Source: Macrostomum hystrix
Lineage: Eukaryota > Animalia > Platyhelminthes
Direction of reading: 5' to 3'
Length of the DNA stretch: 64,000 nucleotides
Assembly: GCA_950097015.1 (NCBI GenBank)
Contig: CATNEN010000003.1
Span: 15,996,001 to 16,060,000, forward strand
Part shown: piece by piece, positions 1-11,370 of the stretch
Numbering within the stretch: the first letter of the stretch is position 1
Layout: every line of letters begins with the position of its first letter
Position numbers and translations under genes: made by a program
The notes under the pieces: model-generated
What the model was told of the DNA's origin: nothing
The model's input: the letters and a program-made list of their open reading frames with translations, nothing else
Databases searched by the model: none

Positions 1-648
1 GCCATCGCGTCTGGATCCCATCCAGCAGCCATCAAGTCTAGCGAACAAACAGGCTCCCAGTGGTCTCGTGTGCCATGGAACCGTCCGCAAAGGAGCGGAG
101 GGTTACACGGTCATAATAAGCCAAAGATAATCGATTAAGCTTCCTCACAAGTCGACCATCCAGCGTGGCCTGCATCAGCTGACCATCCTCAGGAGAGGAA
201 GGGCCCTCTATTACGGCACCAAAGCGCATCGCATCCGGCTCGGAGCTCGGAGTGTCCAAGGCTGTACGCAATGCGGAGTCAGCTCCGCGATATCGCCGAC
301 CAGACCGCAGCGCTAGGTCGGGTCTGGTCCAACGCGAACTCAGCGAGGCGAAGGTTCTTCGGGATCACCTCCGCAGCAGCAAAAACACAACCCATGCCGA
401 AGAGGTCGCCCGAAACTGGCTTGATGATCCTCATCACCAGATGGTGGCCCGCGCTCGGTAACGCCCCGGGTCGTCCGCTGAAGTTTTGGGCGAAGGTCTG
501 GAGGATTGCGCGCAGTCGGAGGTCGGAGGGGGTGGTGAAAATCACAAACCGGGGCTTATCTTCACCCTGGACTTCCAGAGGTAAGCCCCAGAAAATCCCC
601 TCTGGTTACCATTGTTTAGTTTCTACCTTGTATAGGGAACATTGTATA

Positions 649-1008
649 GTTAGCACCTTATTTTTCAGTTAGCACCTTATTTTTCAGTTAGCACCTTATT
701 TTCAGTTAGCACCTTATTTTTCAGTTAGCACCTTATTTTTCAGTTAGCACCTTATTTTTCAGTTAGCACCTTATTTTTCAGTTAGCACCTTATTTTTCAG
801 TTAGCACCTTATTTTTCAGTTAGCACCTTATTTTTCAGTTAGCACCTTATTTTTCAGTTAGCACCTTATTTTTCAGTTAGCACCATATTTTTCAGTTAGC
901 ACCTTATTTTTCAGTTAGCACCTTATTTTTCAGTTAGCACCTTATTTTTCAGTTAGCACCTTATTTTTCAGTTAGCACCTTATTTTTCAGTTAGCACCTT
1001 ATTTTTCA
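649..1008 (+). repeat. 19-bp tandem array GTTAGCACCTTATTTTTCA x19, inside the RTE TSD
   Basis: Direct reading: 360 bp, one unit is 18 nt, one has a substitution. Confidence 0.97.
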
Positions 1009-1110
1009 CTCCGGCTGGAGTAAAAGTAAGGAGGCCACCGTCCGGCACCGGCGCGGGCCACGGGCTAACGGAGTCGCCCTCCTCTGGAGCGTGCGGCTAC
1101 TAAGATGGCC
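990..1110 (+). ncRNA. Candidate HDV-like self-cleaving ribozyme at the RTE 5' end (atypical long L3)
   Basis: P1 GTTAGC(990-995)/GCTAAC(1064-1069) followed by GG; J1/2 hairpin; P2 GGCCA/TGGCC; P3 CCG/CGG; L3 starts TCC; P4 AGTCGC/GCGGCT; J4/2 ACTAA. Confidence 0.55.
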
Positions 1111-4100
1111 ACCCACCGCGGAAGGCGGAGCGCTGCTGCTGCTGAACGTCGCCAGCAGCGGTTCAATGCTCGACGCAAAGAGCTGCGGGCTCTCGCCCGC
1201 CTCCGCCACGTAGACCGCCACAAGGACTCGCGGCTTGCCCAGCCGGAGCCTCGAGTGCTGGTAACTCCACCGCCAGCACCCAGCACTACACACCTGCCTG
1301 ATATTGACAACAACGCCAGCGCCAACAGCCCCAGACAGCAGCCTCAGGGTCGGAAACTGCTAAACTCTCTGTCCATTGCCACATTCAATGCACGCACTCT
1401 CTCTAACCAATGGAGGCTCCTTGAGCTTGCTAAAGCAGCAATCGATCTGTCTATCTCCATCGTAGCTATTCAAGAACACCGCAGGACTGCCAACCTGGAC
1501 ATCGACCTTGGCAATGGCTGGTTTTTCAAAGCAGCTGCAGCTTCTGACCAGGGCATCGGCGGAATCGGTTTCCTGCTCTCGCCGCTGGCAAACCGCTCTC
1601 TGCTAAGCCTCAGCTTTATCTCTGATCGCATCGGTCATGCATCGTTTGCCATCTCAGATCGCCGGCTTCATGTCCTCTGTGTCTACGCCCCCACTGCCCC
1701 GGCTACCACTGTGGATGCCACCACCACCCTTCAATTCTACGATCAACTGGGCCACCAGCTAGACCACCTCGCCTCCAGGGACCTCTACTTCATCGCCGGC
1801 GACTTCAACGCGCCTCTCCCGGTGGACGGCCAATTGGTGAGAAACAGGTGCGGCACTCCAAATGCCAACACTCCACACCTGTCAACTTTCATGGCTTCTC
1901 GCAATTTGCTCGCTGCAAACGGCTATTTCCGCCAGCGCCTCAACGCTCTTCCGACTTTCCGGGGTCCAAACAGCCGTACGACGAGGCTAGACTGGATCCT
2001 GTGTCCAGCCGCCTCCCGCTCCCGACTCCGCGCTGCTCAGAGTATCGTGCTGCACTGCGTCCCCTCCGACCATGCCCTCGTCTGCTGCCACCTCGATCAT
2101 CGGTGGCAGAGGTTCCGTCGCCCCACGGCACCACCCTACTGGGCTGCCCTGGCCCGGGCTGAGACTAAAGCAGCCTTCCTTAACCAACTGTTTGCCGCCG
2201 GGCTCACTCTAAACAGCAGCTTCAACGAGCTTGCGACGGCAGTAGCCTCTGCTGCCACTGCATCGCTACCCAAACGCCAGCCTCGCCAAGCAAGCGCCCG
2301 CTGGGCCTCCGACCCCAGCGTCACTCGAGCCCGCAGCCTCGTCCAAGCAACGGTTGCCAGACACGGCGCCGGTAGCGAGCAGGCAACAGCGGCGACCGAC
2401 ACCCTGAGAGACGCTCACCGCATCGCTGCCGAGCTCGCAACCCAAGAGGCGCTCATCGAGATCCAGGCGGCCACGGACAACTGTCGCCCTGCGGCCGCCT
2501 GGCGGGCCATCAACCGTCTGACGGGCCGTCGCGCCACACCGAAGGCTATCATCCCTGCCAACTCCCAAGAAGAGCGCAAGCAGCTGATGGCTGACCATTT
2601 CGAAGGCGTCCTCAACGCCGACGCGCCCGACCCCCTGCTCCCGCCTCTTGAAGGCCTCTTGCCCATTCCCGACGGCACCTTCGACTGCGGTCCTATCCGC
2701 TCTGCAGAGGTGAAGAAAGCCCTGCAGACAATGAGATCCGATGCCGCCGCAGGAGTTGACGAAATCCCGCCGCGCGTCCTCAAGCTTCCCGAGCTGCTGC
2801 CTGTTCTCACGGGTATTCTCAACCGCTCCTGCCCCTTGGGAGGTGATCCCACAGCCCGAGCTCCGGCTCTTTGGAGGATATCCAAGATCATCGCCATACC
2901 CAAGAAAGGAAGCTCCAGCAGCCTCGACAACCTCCGCGGCATTGCCCTCGAGTGCACGCTGGTTAAAGTCCTGAACATCGTCCTGCGCAACCGCCTGCTG
3001 CCCACTATCAATCAGCGGCTTCTTCACCTCCAGAGTGGTTTCCGCCCTGGCCGCTCGACCTCTGAGCAGGTGGCTGCCATCCGCTGCGTGGTCGAAGCCT
3101 GCAGGACGCGACTGATGTCGGCATCCATCGTTTTCGTCGACTTCCTCAAAGCGTTTGATTCCATCAGCAGGCCGGCCATTGCATGGCTGCTCAAAGAACA
3201 CGGCGTTCCACAATTGCTCATCCAAGCAGTGATGGACCTTTACACCGACTCCAGTGCTTTTATTCAGACTGCAGACGGGCCCACGACTGAGTTCGCTACC
3301 ACCTCTGGTGTTCATTCAAGGAGACACCCTTTCTCCTTTTCTTTTCGTGATGGTCATGGACTTCGTTCTCAGGCGCGCCCTACGCGACGACGATGGCTTC
3401 ATGGTCACCCGCAGGCGTAGTGCCCGGCTCCCCTGCGTCCGCCTGACCTGCCTCGCCTATGCCGACGACGTCGCCCTGACCTGCTGTGACCCTGACGCAG
3501 CCCTGAGAGCGGTCTGTCGCCTGGCCGAGGAAGGCAGGAGAGTCGGGCTTCACATTAACTACAACAAGACGGAGGTCCTGCACATGGGCACAGCAACCGC
3601 CCCACCACTGCAACTTCCAGACGGCAATGTCATCAACACCTGCAAGGACTTTAAGTACTTAGGTGTGCAAATTTTGGACGCCAACGCCATCATCGAATAC
3701 CGCAAGCAACAGGCCTGGCGCGCCCTCCACCTTCTGCGTACCATCTTTGACTCTACTGCCTCCGACGTCCTGAAGATCGGCCTCTTCCGCTCAGCTGTCG
3801 AATCCGTCCTTGCATATGGCCTCGAAGCAGTGCCGATGACGCCTACCCGTGAGGCTGCCCTGGAGGCGTCTCACCGACACCTGCTGAGGTCGGCGCTTGG
3901 CATCCGCTACCCTGAGACTGCGAGCAACGCCGAGCTGACCGCGAGAGCCCGTGTGCCCTCCCTCGCTCGTTCCCTGCAAAGGCGTCGGCAAATGCTGGCC
4001 GGCCACTGCCTGCGGGCTCATGCGAGGGGTGCGGGCCCGCCGCTCGCGACCCTTCTGCTCAACCCGCCCAGTGAAGGCCTTCGACGTGGACAGGGCCGTC

Positions 4101-4219
4101 GCGTGACTCTACTTGATTGCCTTTTAACTGACTTGCAGAGTCTTGGCTTCTCCCCTCAGGCTGCTGCCAGGGCTGACTCCCGCGTTTTTCGGCAGCGTGT
4201 GTTCGCTGCAGTTTTCTAA
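1105..4219 (+). CDS. RTE endonuclease-reverse transcriptase, split by a +1 frameshift at ~3311
   Basis: APE motifs ATFNARTL, IQEH, GDFNA, LDWI, SDH; RT motifs QSGFRPGRST, FVDFLKAFDSI, GVIQGDTLSP (restored by removing one T in GGTGTTCATTCAAGGA), YADD at 3458-3469. Confidence 0.92.
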
Positions 4220-4400
4220 CCTCCGCAGCGTCCGTTATTATTATTATTATAGGGAACATGCCGGGGATGCCAGCCCTGTGCCTTGGTGCGTGCTTGATGT
4301 CTACCTATTGTCTGTTCCATGAGCAAATGCATGCAAAGATGCTCTAGAAAATGAAAACGAGCCGCCGCATCCTATTTTCTTTAAGTCTGTAGTTCAGTAG

Positions 4401-5208
4401 TCCTGCTACGATTCCGGCTTCGATTCTCGCTACGATTCCTGCTACGATTCCTGCTTCGATTCTTGCTGTCATTCCTGCTTCGACTCTAACTACGATTCCT
4501 GTTCGACTCTATCTACGATTCCTGCTTTGATTCTTGCTACGATTCCTGCTTCAACTCTATCTACGATTCCAGATTCGACTCTAGTACGATTCCTGCTTCG
4601 ATTCTTGCTACGATTCCTGCTTCGACTCAATCTACGATTCCTGCTTCGATTCTTGCTACGATTCCTGCTTCAACTCTATCTACGATTCCAGATTCGACTC
4701 TAGTACGATTCCTGCTTCGATTCTTGCTACGATTCCTGCTTCGACTCAATCTACGATTCCAGCTTCGATTCTATCTACGATTCCTGCTTCGTCTCTAGCT
4801 ACGATTCCTGCTTCGATTCTTGCTACGATTCCCGCTTCGACTCTATCTACGATTCCTGCTTCGATTCTTGCTGCCATTCCTGCTTCGACTCTATCTACGA
4901 TTCCTGCTTCGACTCTAGCTACGATTCCCGCTTCGACTCTATCTACGATTCCTGCTTCGACTCTATCCACGATTCCTGCTTCGACTCTATCTACGATTCC
5001 AGCTTCGATTCTTGCTACGATTCCTGCTTCGACTCCATCTACGATTCCAGCTTCGACTCTATCTACGATTCCTGCTTCGATTCTTGCTGCGATTCCTGCT
5101 TCGACTCTAGCTACGATTCCTGCTTTGACTCTAGTACGATTCCTATCGACTCTATCTACGATTCCAGCTTCGACTCTAGTACGATTCCTGCTTCGATTCT
5201 CGCTACGA
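4401..5208. repeat. 24-bp minisatellite (CTACGATTCCTGCTTCGACTCTAT-type)
   Basis: Direct reading, ~33 variable units. Confidence 0.95.
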
Positions 5209-5902
5209 TGAAGAAGAATCAAAATATCCATAGATACAGACTTAGTGTTGATTCATCATTTCTGAATTTTTCTTCCAAGACAGGCAATGATTAGGTCGGA
5301 TTAACCGAAAGTATTTAATACGGAAGGCAGTGGATTAACCCTCTCAGCTGACCGTCCCTAGAGAATGGGCGTCAGAGCAAATGAACGTGTAGAATTCTGG
5401 AATAACTTTTCTTTTCTCTCGTCGACTAATGCTTAAAAGCCGGTAAGAAATGGCTAAGTGCAGTAGAACTCGTTGCTATAGTTGTGGTTACTTAAGAGTG
5501 TTGACATTGCAGCATCAGTCATATTGGGAATTTTTTAGGATTAGATTGAGCGAAATAAATTTCTTAATGCAGACACAATTTCATACAGAATTTTATATAA
5601 CTAAACTTGACGACAATGAGGTAGTCAAACATTAAGTCAGTGAGTGTGATATCTGGTCGTTAGACTACACTATATTTCACCTGGGGAAAGACGACGTGAG
5701 TATTTCAAATAACCGCTGCCTAACTTCGCGATTACCAAACAAAATGTCCGATTTTCGCGAAAGTCGTCCATATGGTTCAAAATATTCCGCCCTTTACGAA
5801 CAATTTACTTTCAGAGCCGTCCGACGTCAGCATCGTCTAGATATTCAGCAATTCTTGTCGAATAACCTAGTGGCAAGGGCAAGTGATATTGTTCTGTATG
5901 AA

Positions 5903-6750
5903 CATAGGAACAGGAGAGAATCTAGAAATAGGAACATGTGAGAATCTAGAAATAGGAACAGGTGATAATCTAGAAATAGGAACAGGTGAGAATCTAGAAA
6001 TAGGAACAGGAGGGAATTTTGAAATAGGAACAGGTGAGAATCTAGAAATAGGAACAGGAGGGAATCTAGAAATAGGAACAGCAGAGCATTTTGAAATAGG
6101 AACAGGTGAGAATCTAGAAATAGGAACAGGTGATAATCTAGAAATAGGAACAGGTGAGAATCTAGAAATAGGAACAGGAGGGAATCTAGAAATAGGAACA
6201 GGTGAGAATCTAGAAATAGGAACAGGTAATAATCTAGAAATAGGAACAGGTGAGAATCTAGAAATAGGAACAGGAGGGAATCTAGAAATAGGAACAGGAG
6301 GGAATCTAGAAATAGGAACAGGTGATAATCTAGAAATATGAACAGGTGAGAATCTAGAAATAGGAACAGGAGGGAATCTAGAAATAGGAACAGGTGAGAA
6401 TCTAGAAATAGGAACAGGTGAAAATCTAGAAAAGGACCAGGTAAGAATCTAGATACAGGAACAGGTGAGAATCTAGAAATAGGAACAGGAGAGAATCTAG
6501 AAATAGGAACAGGTGAGAATCTAGAAATAGGAACAGGTGAGAATCTAGAAATAGGAACTGGTGAGAATCCAGAAATAGGAACAGGTGAGAATCTAGAAAT
6601 AGGAACTGGTGAGAATCTAGAAATAGGAACAGGTGAGAATCTAGAAATAGGAACAGGTGATAATCTAGAAATAGGAACAGGTGATAATCTAGAAATAGGA
6701 ACAGGTGAGAATCTAGAGATTGGAACTGGTAAGAATCTAGATATAGGAGC
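5903..6750. repeat. 24-bp minisatellite (AATCTAGAAATAGGAACAGGTGAG-type)
   Basis: Direct reading, ~35 units. Confidence 0.95.
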
Positions 6751-7954
6751 AATACTCGTATTTCTGGCTGAACTGACTTCTAGTAACTTGATCTGTTGCC
6801 TGTTTGCGAAGCATATATATTTATTTTAGTCCTTCAAAAATGATAGGCAAGGTGGATGAAGCTTTCGAACCAAGCATTCAGATTGATGTCCGCACACACC
6901 GTACAACATGGTGTGGCTGTCTTCAGTACTAAAAATCATCCTAGGCCATCTGATCAAGGCTGCGCAGGTAAAGAATCAATTCAGCAATGCACTTTTACAG
7001 ATAGCGGGAGAATCGGAGGAACTATAGTTAGGTGGCAGCATGAGGCTGGCTTATCTGTATCCCAAACCAGCTGTAGGTTTGTATATTTTCTTAAGGGGTC
7101 ACGACGCAGAACACAAATATAAAAGAGATCGAAATCTTGTTTTATGCTTAGTAACGCTAGAAATTTTGGGATTTTGGGATTCGGTTTGGGAGCTATCGTG
7201 AAATGTCCTCAGCAACCTCAGCACATTTCAAAGGACGGAGCGAACCGGAAAAGTGTTGATTTGGAACCATTCATTTGGAGTTTGTACTTTTTCAGATTCT
7301 AAGAAATGTCTTTGAATTAGCATGGCAACCGCTGAGCAGAAATGCCATTTCCTTGGTTCGCTAATTCCGCAACTTTTGATACATTGACTGGGCCCAAAAT
7401 TCGCTGATTGCCCAGCAAGGGAAATGGCCTTCGTAAAGCCTTGATGCCAATGGCAAGAAAGTTCTTGGAAAACTGTTCCACCCAATGAGAAACTTATTTG
7501 AGCTTCTCGAACTGTTAAGCCAATCGACTAAGCAATTTGAGAATCTCTAATTTCCATTCGTCTTTTTAACGAAACATGATAGTTGTCATGGAGACCGGTG
7601 GATATGAAATTTATTTGTTCATTTACATTCTGATTAGATTAGATCTAATTTCAGTTGAAAATTAATTAGGATCGTCAACTATTACCGACATTTTATCGAT
7701 AGAAAAGGCAAAAACTTTCTTCTGAATATTTGCAATCCGATTTTTAAAGGATATATAAACAGTCAATTAAATATTACAGCTTGATAACTTTTTTTATTAA
7801 ACACAGACAGATGTCAAAAATGCGTTGCAAACATACCTGTGCCTGAAAATAAGTTATAACACATGGTCATACTGAGTAGCTGAGTAATTTTACAACTAGA
7901 TTCAGCTAGATTGCAGTGTGAGAAGTGTACAATAATCCCACATCCGGTTTTCAA

Positions 7955-8623
7955 TCAAAGTGCTGTCGCCGGCGACCTAGCCAGTCTCGCTCCCAGGTCA
8001 TCGGCGCCATCTTGATCACCCACTTCTGCCAGTCGAAATTCATCTTCATCTTCATGGACATCCTCGACGAGCTGGTTTTGAGTCCTCGAACGCCGTCGCT
8101 GACGCTGCCACCGCCTAGCAACGCAGGCCTGCATGGCTAGGAACACCAGCAGGAGGCAGTCAACGGCCACGAACAATGTCAGGCCGGCCAGGTTGGCCAG
8201 GGCTGACGCGGCTCCGGCCGAGTCGCTAGCCGCCTCGGCGCGCAGTCTGGCTACGGCATGGTCGGCGACTTCGCTAACTGTGGCCGCCAGCAGGCAGGCG
8301 ACGGCGGGCATCGCCAGGCAGCAGGCGCGGCAGGCGTAGGTGGAGAGGCCGGGAGAACGGGTGGCGGCCAACAGGCTTACGCAGCCGGGAGCCAGCAGCG
8401 CCGGCGCCAGCGGCAGCGCCAAGACGCGGACGGCGGCCTCGGCTGGCCGCTTGTAGAAGGCCAGGCAGGAGGGCGGACTGGTCGGCAGGAAGCAGCCGAG
8501 GAATTGAAGCGCGTCGGCAAAGATCAAAGCCGCCGCCAGGCCTAGCAGTGTCCAGGCGTTCTGCCGGAAATGCCGCTCGGATGAGAACCGCTGCCAGCAG
8601 TTCCAGCTCGACTGTGGTGGCAT
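7955..8623 (-). CDS. Orphan multi-pass (about 4 TM) membrane protein, 222 aa, with acidic C-terminal tail
   Basis: GC-rich ORF in AT-rich flanks; about four hydrophobic segments followed by RRWQRQRRRSR; acceptor-like CTGCAG ending at 8652 just upstream; AATAAA on the minus strand near 7795. Confidence 0.65.
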   Translation of the reverse strand: MPPQSSWNCWQRFSSERHFRQNAWTLLGLAAALIFADALQFLGCFLPTSPPSCLAFYKRPAEAAVRVLALPLAPALLAPGCVSLLAATRSPGLSTYACRACCLAMPAVACLLAATVSEVADHAVARLRAEAASDSAGAASALANLAGLTLFVAVDCLLLVFLAMQACVARRWQRQRRRSRTQNQLVEDVHEDEDEFRLAEVGDQDGADDLGARLARSPATAL

Positions 8624-9832
8624 CGGTGATGGTCTCTTTTTCCTCAGCCTCCTGCAGCGGAATAACTAATATTTCAGTGCACTGGTCCCACCACTGACGA
8701 TGCGGCCTTTGCATATTTTATAAGCCATTCGACTCTCAGCAATGCTCCTTCCTCCCAGTATCCTCCGCTCTTCTTCCCTCGAATGGGGATCCGGTGGGGA
8801 TATGCGCAGGTCAAGAACTGACCAAAAATGGGATTGGCTGAGGCAAGCCACAATTTTCCTTGGACCCATCTCCCACCTCGCGTTCTTATTATATTTTGAA
8901 CGAAGCATGCGCTTTTTTTAAATCGAATTTCAGTAGTGTGAGCAGAATTTTAAATTATTATTCAATTTAAATCTGTAAATTAAATTTCGTCCTCATCCAA
9001 GACAATCTGTTTATTAAATGTCTAACGTATTAAATGTCTAACGTTGAATGCTCAGTGTCCTGGCACCTCAGTTTTACTATCTCACACGAGGAATCTGAGA
9101 AAGAACTAGTTGATGTGCTTGAAGAAAATAATGAGTTTTCGCTAACCTGTCTGCCAATTATGGGCCAGTGGGAAACAGAAACTCAATGCTTTTAAAGTAC
9201 AATACTTCTTTGTTAATGAGAAACTCCAATAAGATAGAAAGTTTTCTAATAGTACAAACCGAAAAGTTCATCTCAGAAAAGTGAAGCAGTCAAAGTAAAG
9301 CTGAAATTTGACATAGACAAAAGGCGGGTACACCTGTGTCAGCCAGCACTGCCATAGAATGAGCCGGCACGGACCTGCATTTTCTGCTGTGTGAGAGATA
9401 CAATTCAGACTACTGACAACAGTAGAAAAGCAAAGACTTGGCTGCAAAACTCTCACATAACACAAAAAAATATCGCCATAAAAATGGCAAGCTTAAAAGA
9501 GACTTCTGTGCACACTAAGAGTGGTGGGAGAGGACGGCGTGTGGCTATGGCTGACTGTAGAAGGCAAACAAGCCAGAAACCGGTCTCGGTCTGCCAGCGC
9601 GAGGTTCGTTCCCCACTTTTAGTGTGTCACATGCTGCATTTAGAAGGGGCAGCGGCCCGAAAATAATAATCAAATCCAACAGCCGACAACGCTCGACTAA
9701 GAATTCTGGCCGATTCTACTCAGCCTTTGCAAATCGGATCAATAATTGACTGCAATTCAACTGCCACCTGCCAGCTAATTGACCAAATCTAACTGGGCCG
9801 TATACGGAATCGAAGCTGCATGGCAGGCAATC

Positions 9833-10486
9833 ATGGCGACGATGAAGTTGGTTATTGTTGGCGTATTGCTTGCAATTGCAACCACGACTGCTGCGGGTGA
9901 AATCACAACTGCTGCGGGTGAAACCACGACTGCTGCGGGTGAAATCACGACTGCTGCGGGTGAAACCACGACTGCTGCGGGTGAAATCACGACTGCTGCG
10001 GGTGAAATCACGACTGCTGCGGGTGAAATCACAACTGCTGCGGGTGAAATCACAACTGCTGCGGGTGAAATCACGACTGCTGCGGGTGAAATCACAACTG
10101 CTGCGGGTGAAACCACGACTGCTGTGGGTTCAACCACGACTGCTGCGGGTTCAACCACGACTGCTGCGGGTGCAACCACGACTGCTGTGGGTGAAATCAC
10201 AACTGCTACGGGTGCAACCACGACTGCTTCGGGTGCAGGCACGACTGCTGCTGGTGCAACCTCGACCTTTGCAAGTGAAATCACGACTGCTGCTTTTGCA
10301 GCTACGAAATCTTCGGGTGCAGCCACAGCAGTCGTGGAGGCATGTGCAGGCACGAATGCTTCGGCCTTGGCTGGCAACGCGACCAAAACAACTGAACATA
10401 AAAAACTATGCTTCGCGCCAGAGTTCGCCGTTCGGATCCGTACTGCTGGGCTGCGCGATGCTGCCGCCTGCGCTGACAATTTTTGA
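9833..10486 (+). CDS. Secreted Thr/Ala-rich mucin-like protein with TTAAGE(I/T) heptad repeats
   Basis: Signal-peptide-like MKLVIVGVLLAIA; 21-bp coding repeat; non-repetitive Cys-containing C-terminus; AATAAA overlapping the TGA stop. Confidence 0.7.
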   Translation: MATMKLVIVGVLLAIATTTAAGEITTAAGETTTAAGEITTAAGETTTAAGEITTAAGEITTAAGEITTAAGEITTAAGEITTAAGEITTAAGETTTAVGSTTTAAGSTTTAAGATTTAVGEITTATGATTTASGAGTTAAGATSTFASEITTAAFAATKSSGAATAVVEACAGTNASALAGNATKTTEHKKLCFAPEFAVRIRTAGLRDAAACADNF

Positions 10487-10504
10487 ATAAACTCTTTGAT
10501 TCGT

Positions 10505-11370
10505 TGAATGTATTAAAAGTATTAAATTTATGTATTGAATGTATCGAAAGTATTAAATTTATGTATTGAATGTATCGAAAGTATTAAATTGATGTATTGA
10601 ATGTATCGAAAGTATTAAATTGATGTATTGAATGTATCGAAAGTATTAAATTGATGTATTGAATGTATCGAAAGTATTAAATTGATGTATTGAATGTATC
10701 GAAAGTATTAAATTGATGTATTGAATGTGTCGAAAGTAATAAATTGATGTATTGAATGTATCGGAAGTATTAAATTGATGTATTGAATGTATCGAAAGTA
10801 TTAAATTGATGTATTGAATGTATCGAAAGTATTAAATAGATGTATTGAATGTATCGAAAGTATTAAATTGATGTATTGAAAGTATCGGAAGTATAAAATT
10901 GATGTATTGAATGTATCGGAAGTATAAAATTGATGTATTGAATGTATCGGAAGTATTAAATTGATGTATTGAATGTATCGAAAGTATTAAATTGATGTAT
11001 TGAATGTATCGGAAGTATTAAATTGATGTATTGAATGTATCGGAAGTATAAAATTGATGTATTGACTGTATCGGAAGTATAAAATTGATGTATTGAATGT
11101 ATCGGAAGTATTAAATTGATGTATTGAAAGTATCGGAAGTATAAAATTGATGTATTGAATGTATCGGAAGTATAAAATTGATGTATTGAATGTATCGGAA
11201 GTATTAAATTGATGTATTGAATGTATCGGAAGTATAAAATTGATGTATTGAATGTATCGGAAGTATAAAATTGATGTATTGAATGTATCGGAAGTATAAA
11301 ATTGATGTATTGAATGTATCGGAAGTATAAAATTGATGTATTGAATGTATCGGTAGTATAAAATTGATGT
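10505..11370. repeat. 31-bp AT-rich minisatellite (GTATTAAATTGATGTATTGAATGTATCGAAA)
   Basis: Direct reading, ~28 units with a left-to-right variant gradient. Confidence 0.95.

Larger units (their letters stand above)
643..4250 (+). mobile_element. RTE-clade non-LTR retrotransposon, full length, one frameshift
   Basis: APE endonuclease + RT ORF; (TTA)n tail at ~4235-4250; target-site duplication TATAGGGAACAT at 631-642 and 4248-4259. Confidence 0.9.

Noticed and set aside
1-600. GC-rich minus-strand coding-like segment (RFVIFTTPSDLRL resembles MULE transposases)
   Set aside because: The expected downstream DGTF motif is absent and frames are broken; left unassigned
649-1008. CRISPR-like appearance of regular arrays (here and at 23891-25033, 27666-29338)
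   Set aside because: No unique spacers, no cas genes, eukaryotic context; these are head-to-tail tandem repeats
1008-1105. Twister ribozyme in the RTE 5' UTR
   Set aside because: Conserved twister core (GGUCCCAAGCCC-type segment) not found; an HDV-like fold fits better
2266-3315. 349-aa antisense ORF
   Set aside because: Shadow ORF of the GC-rich RT coding strand
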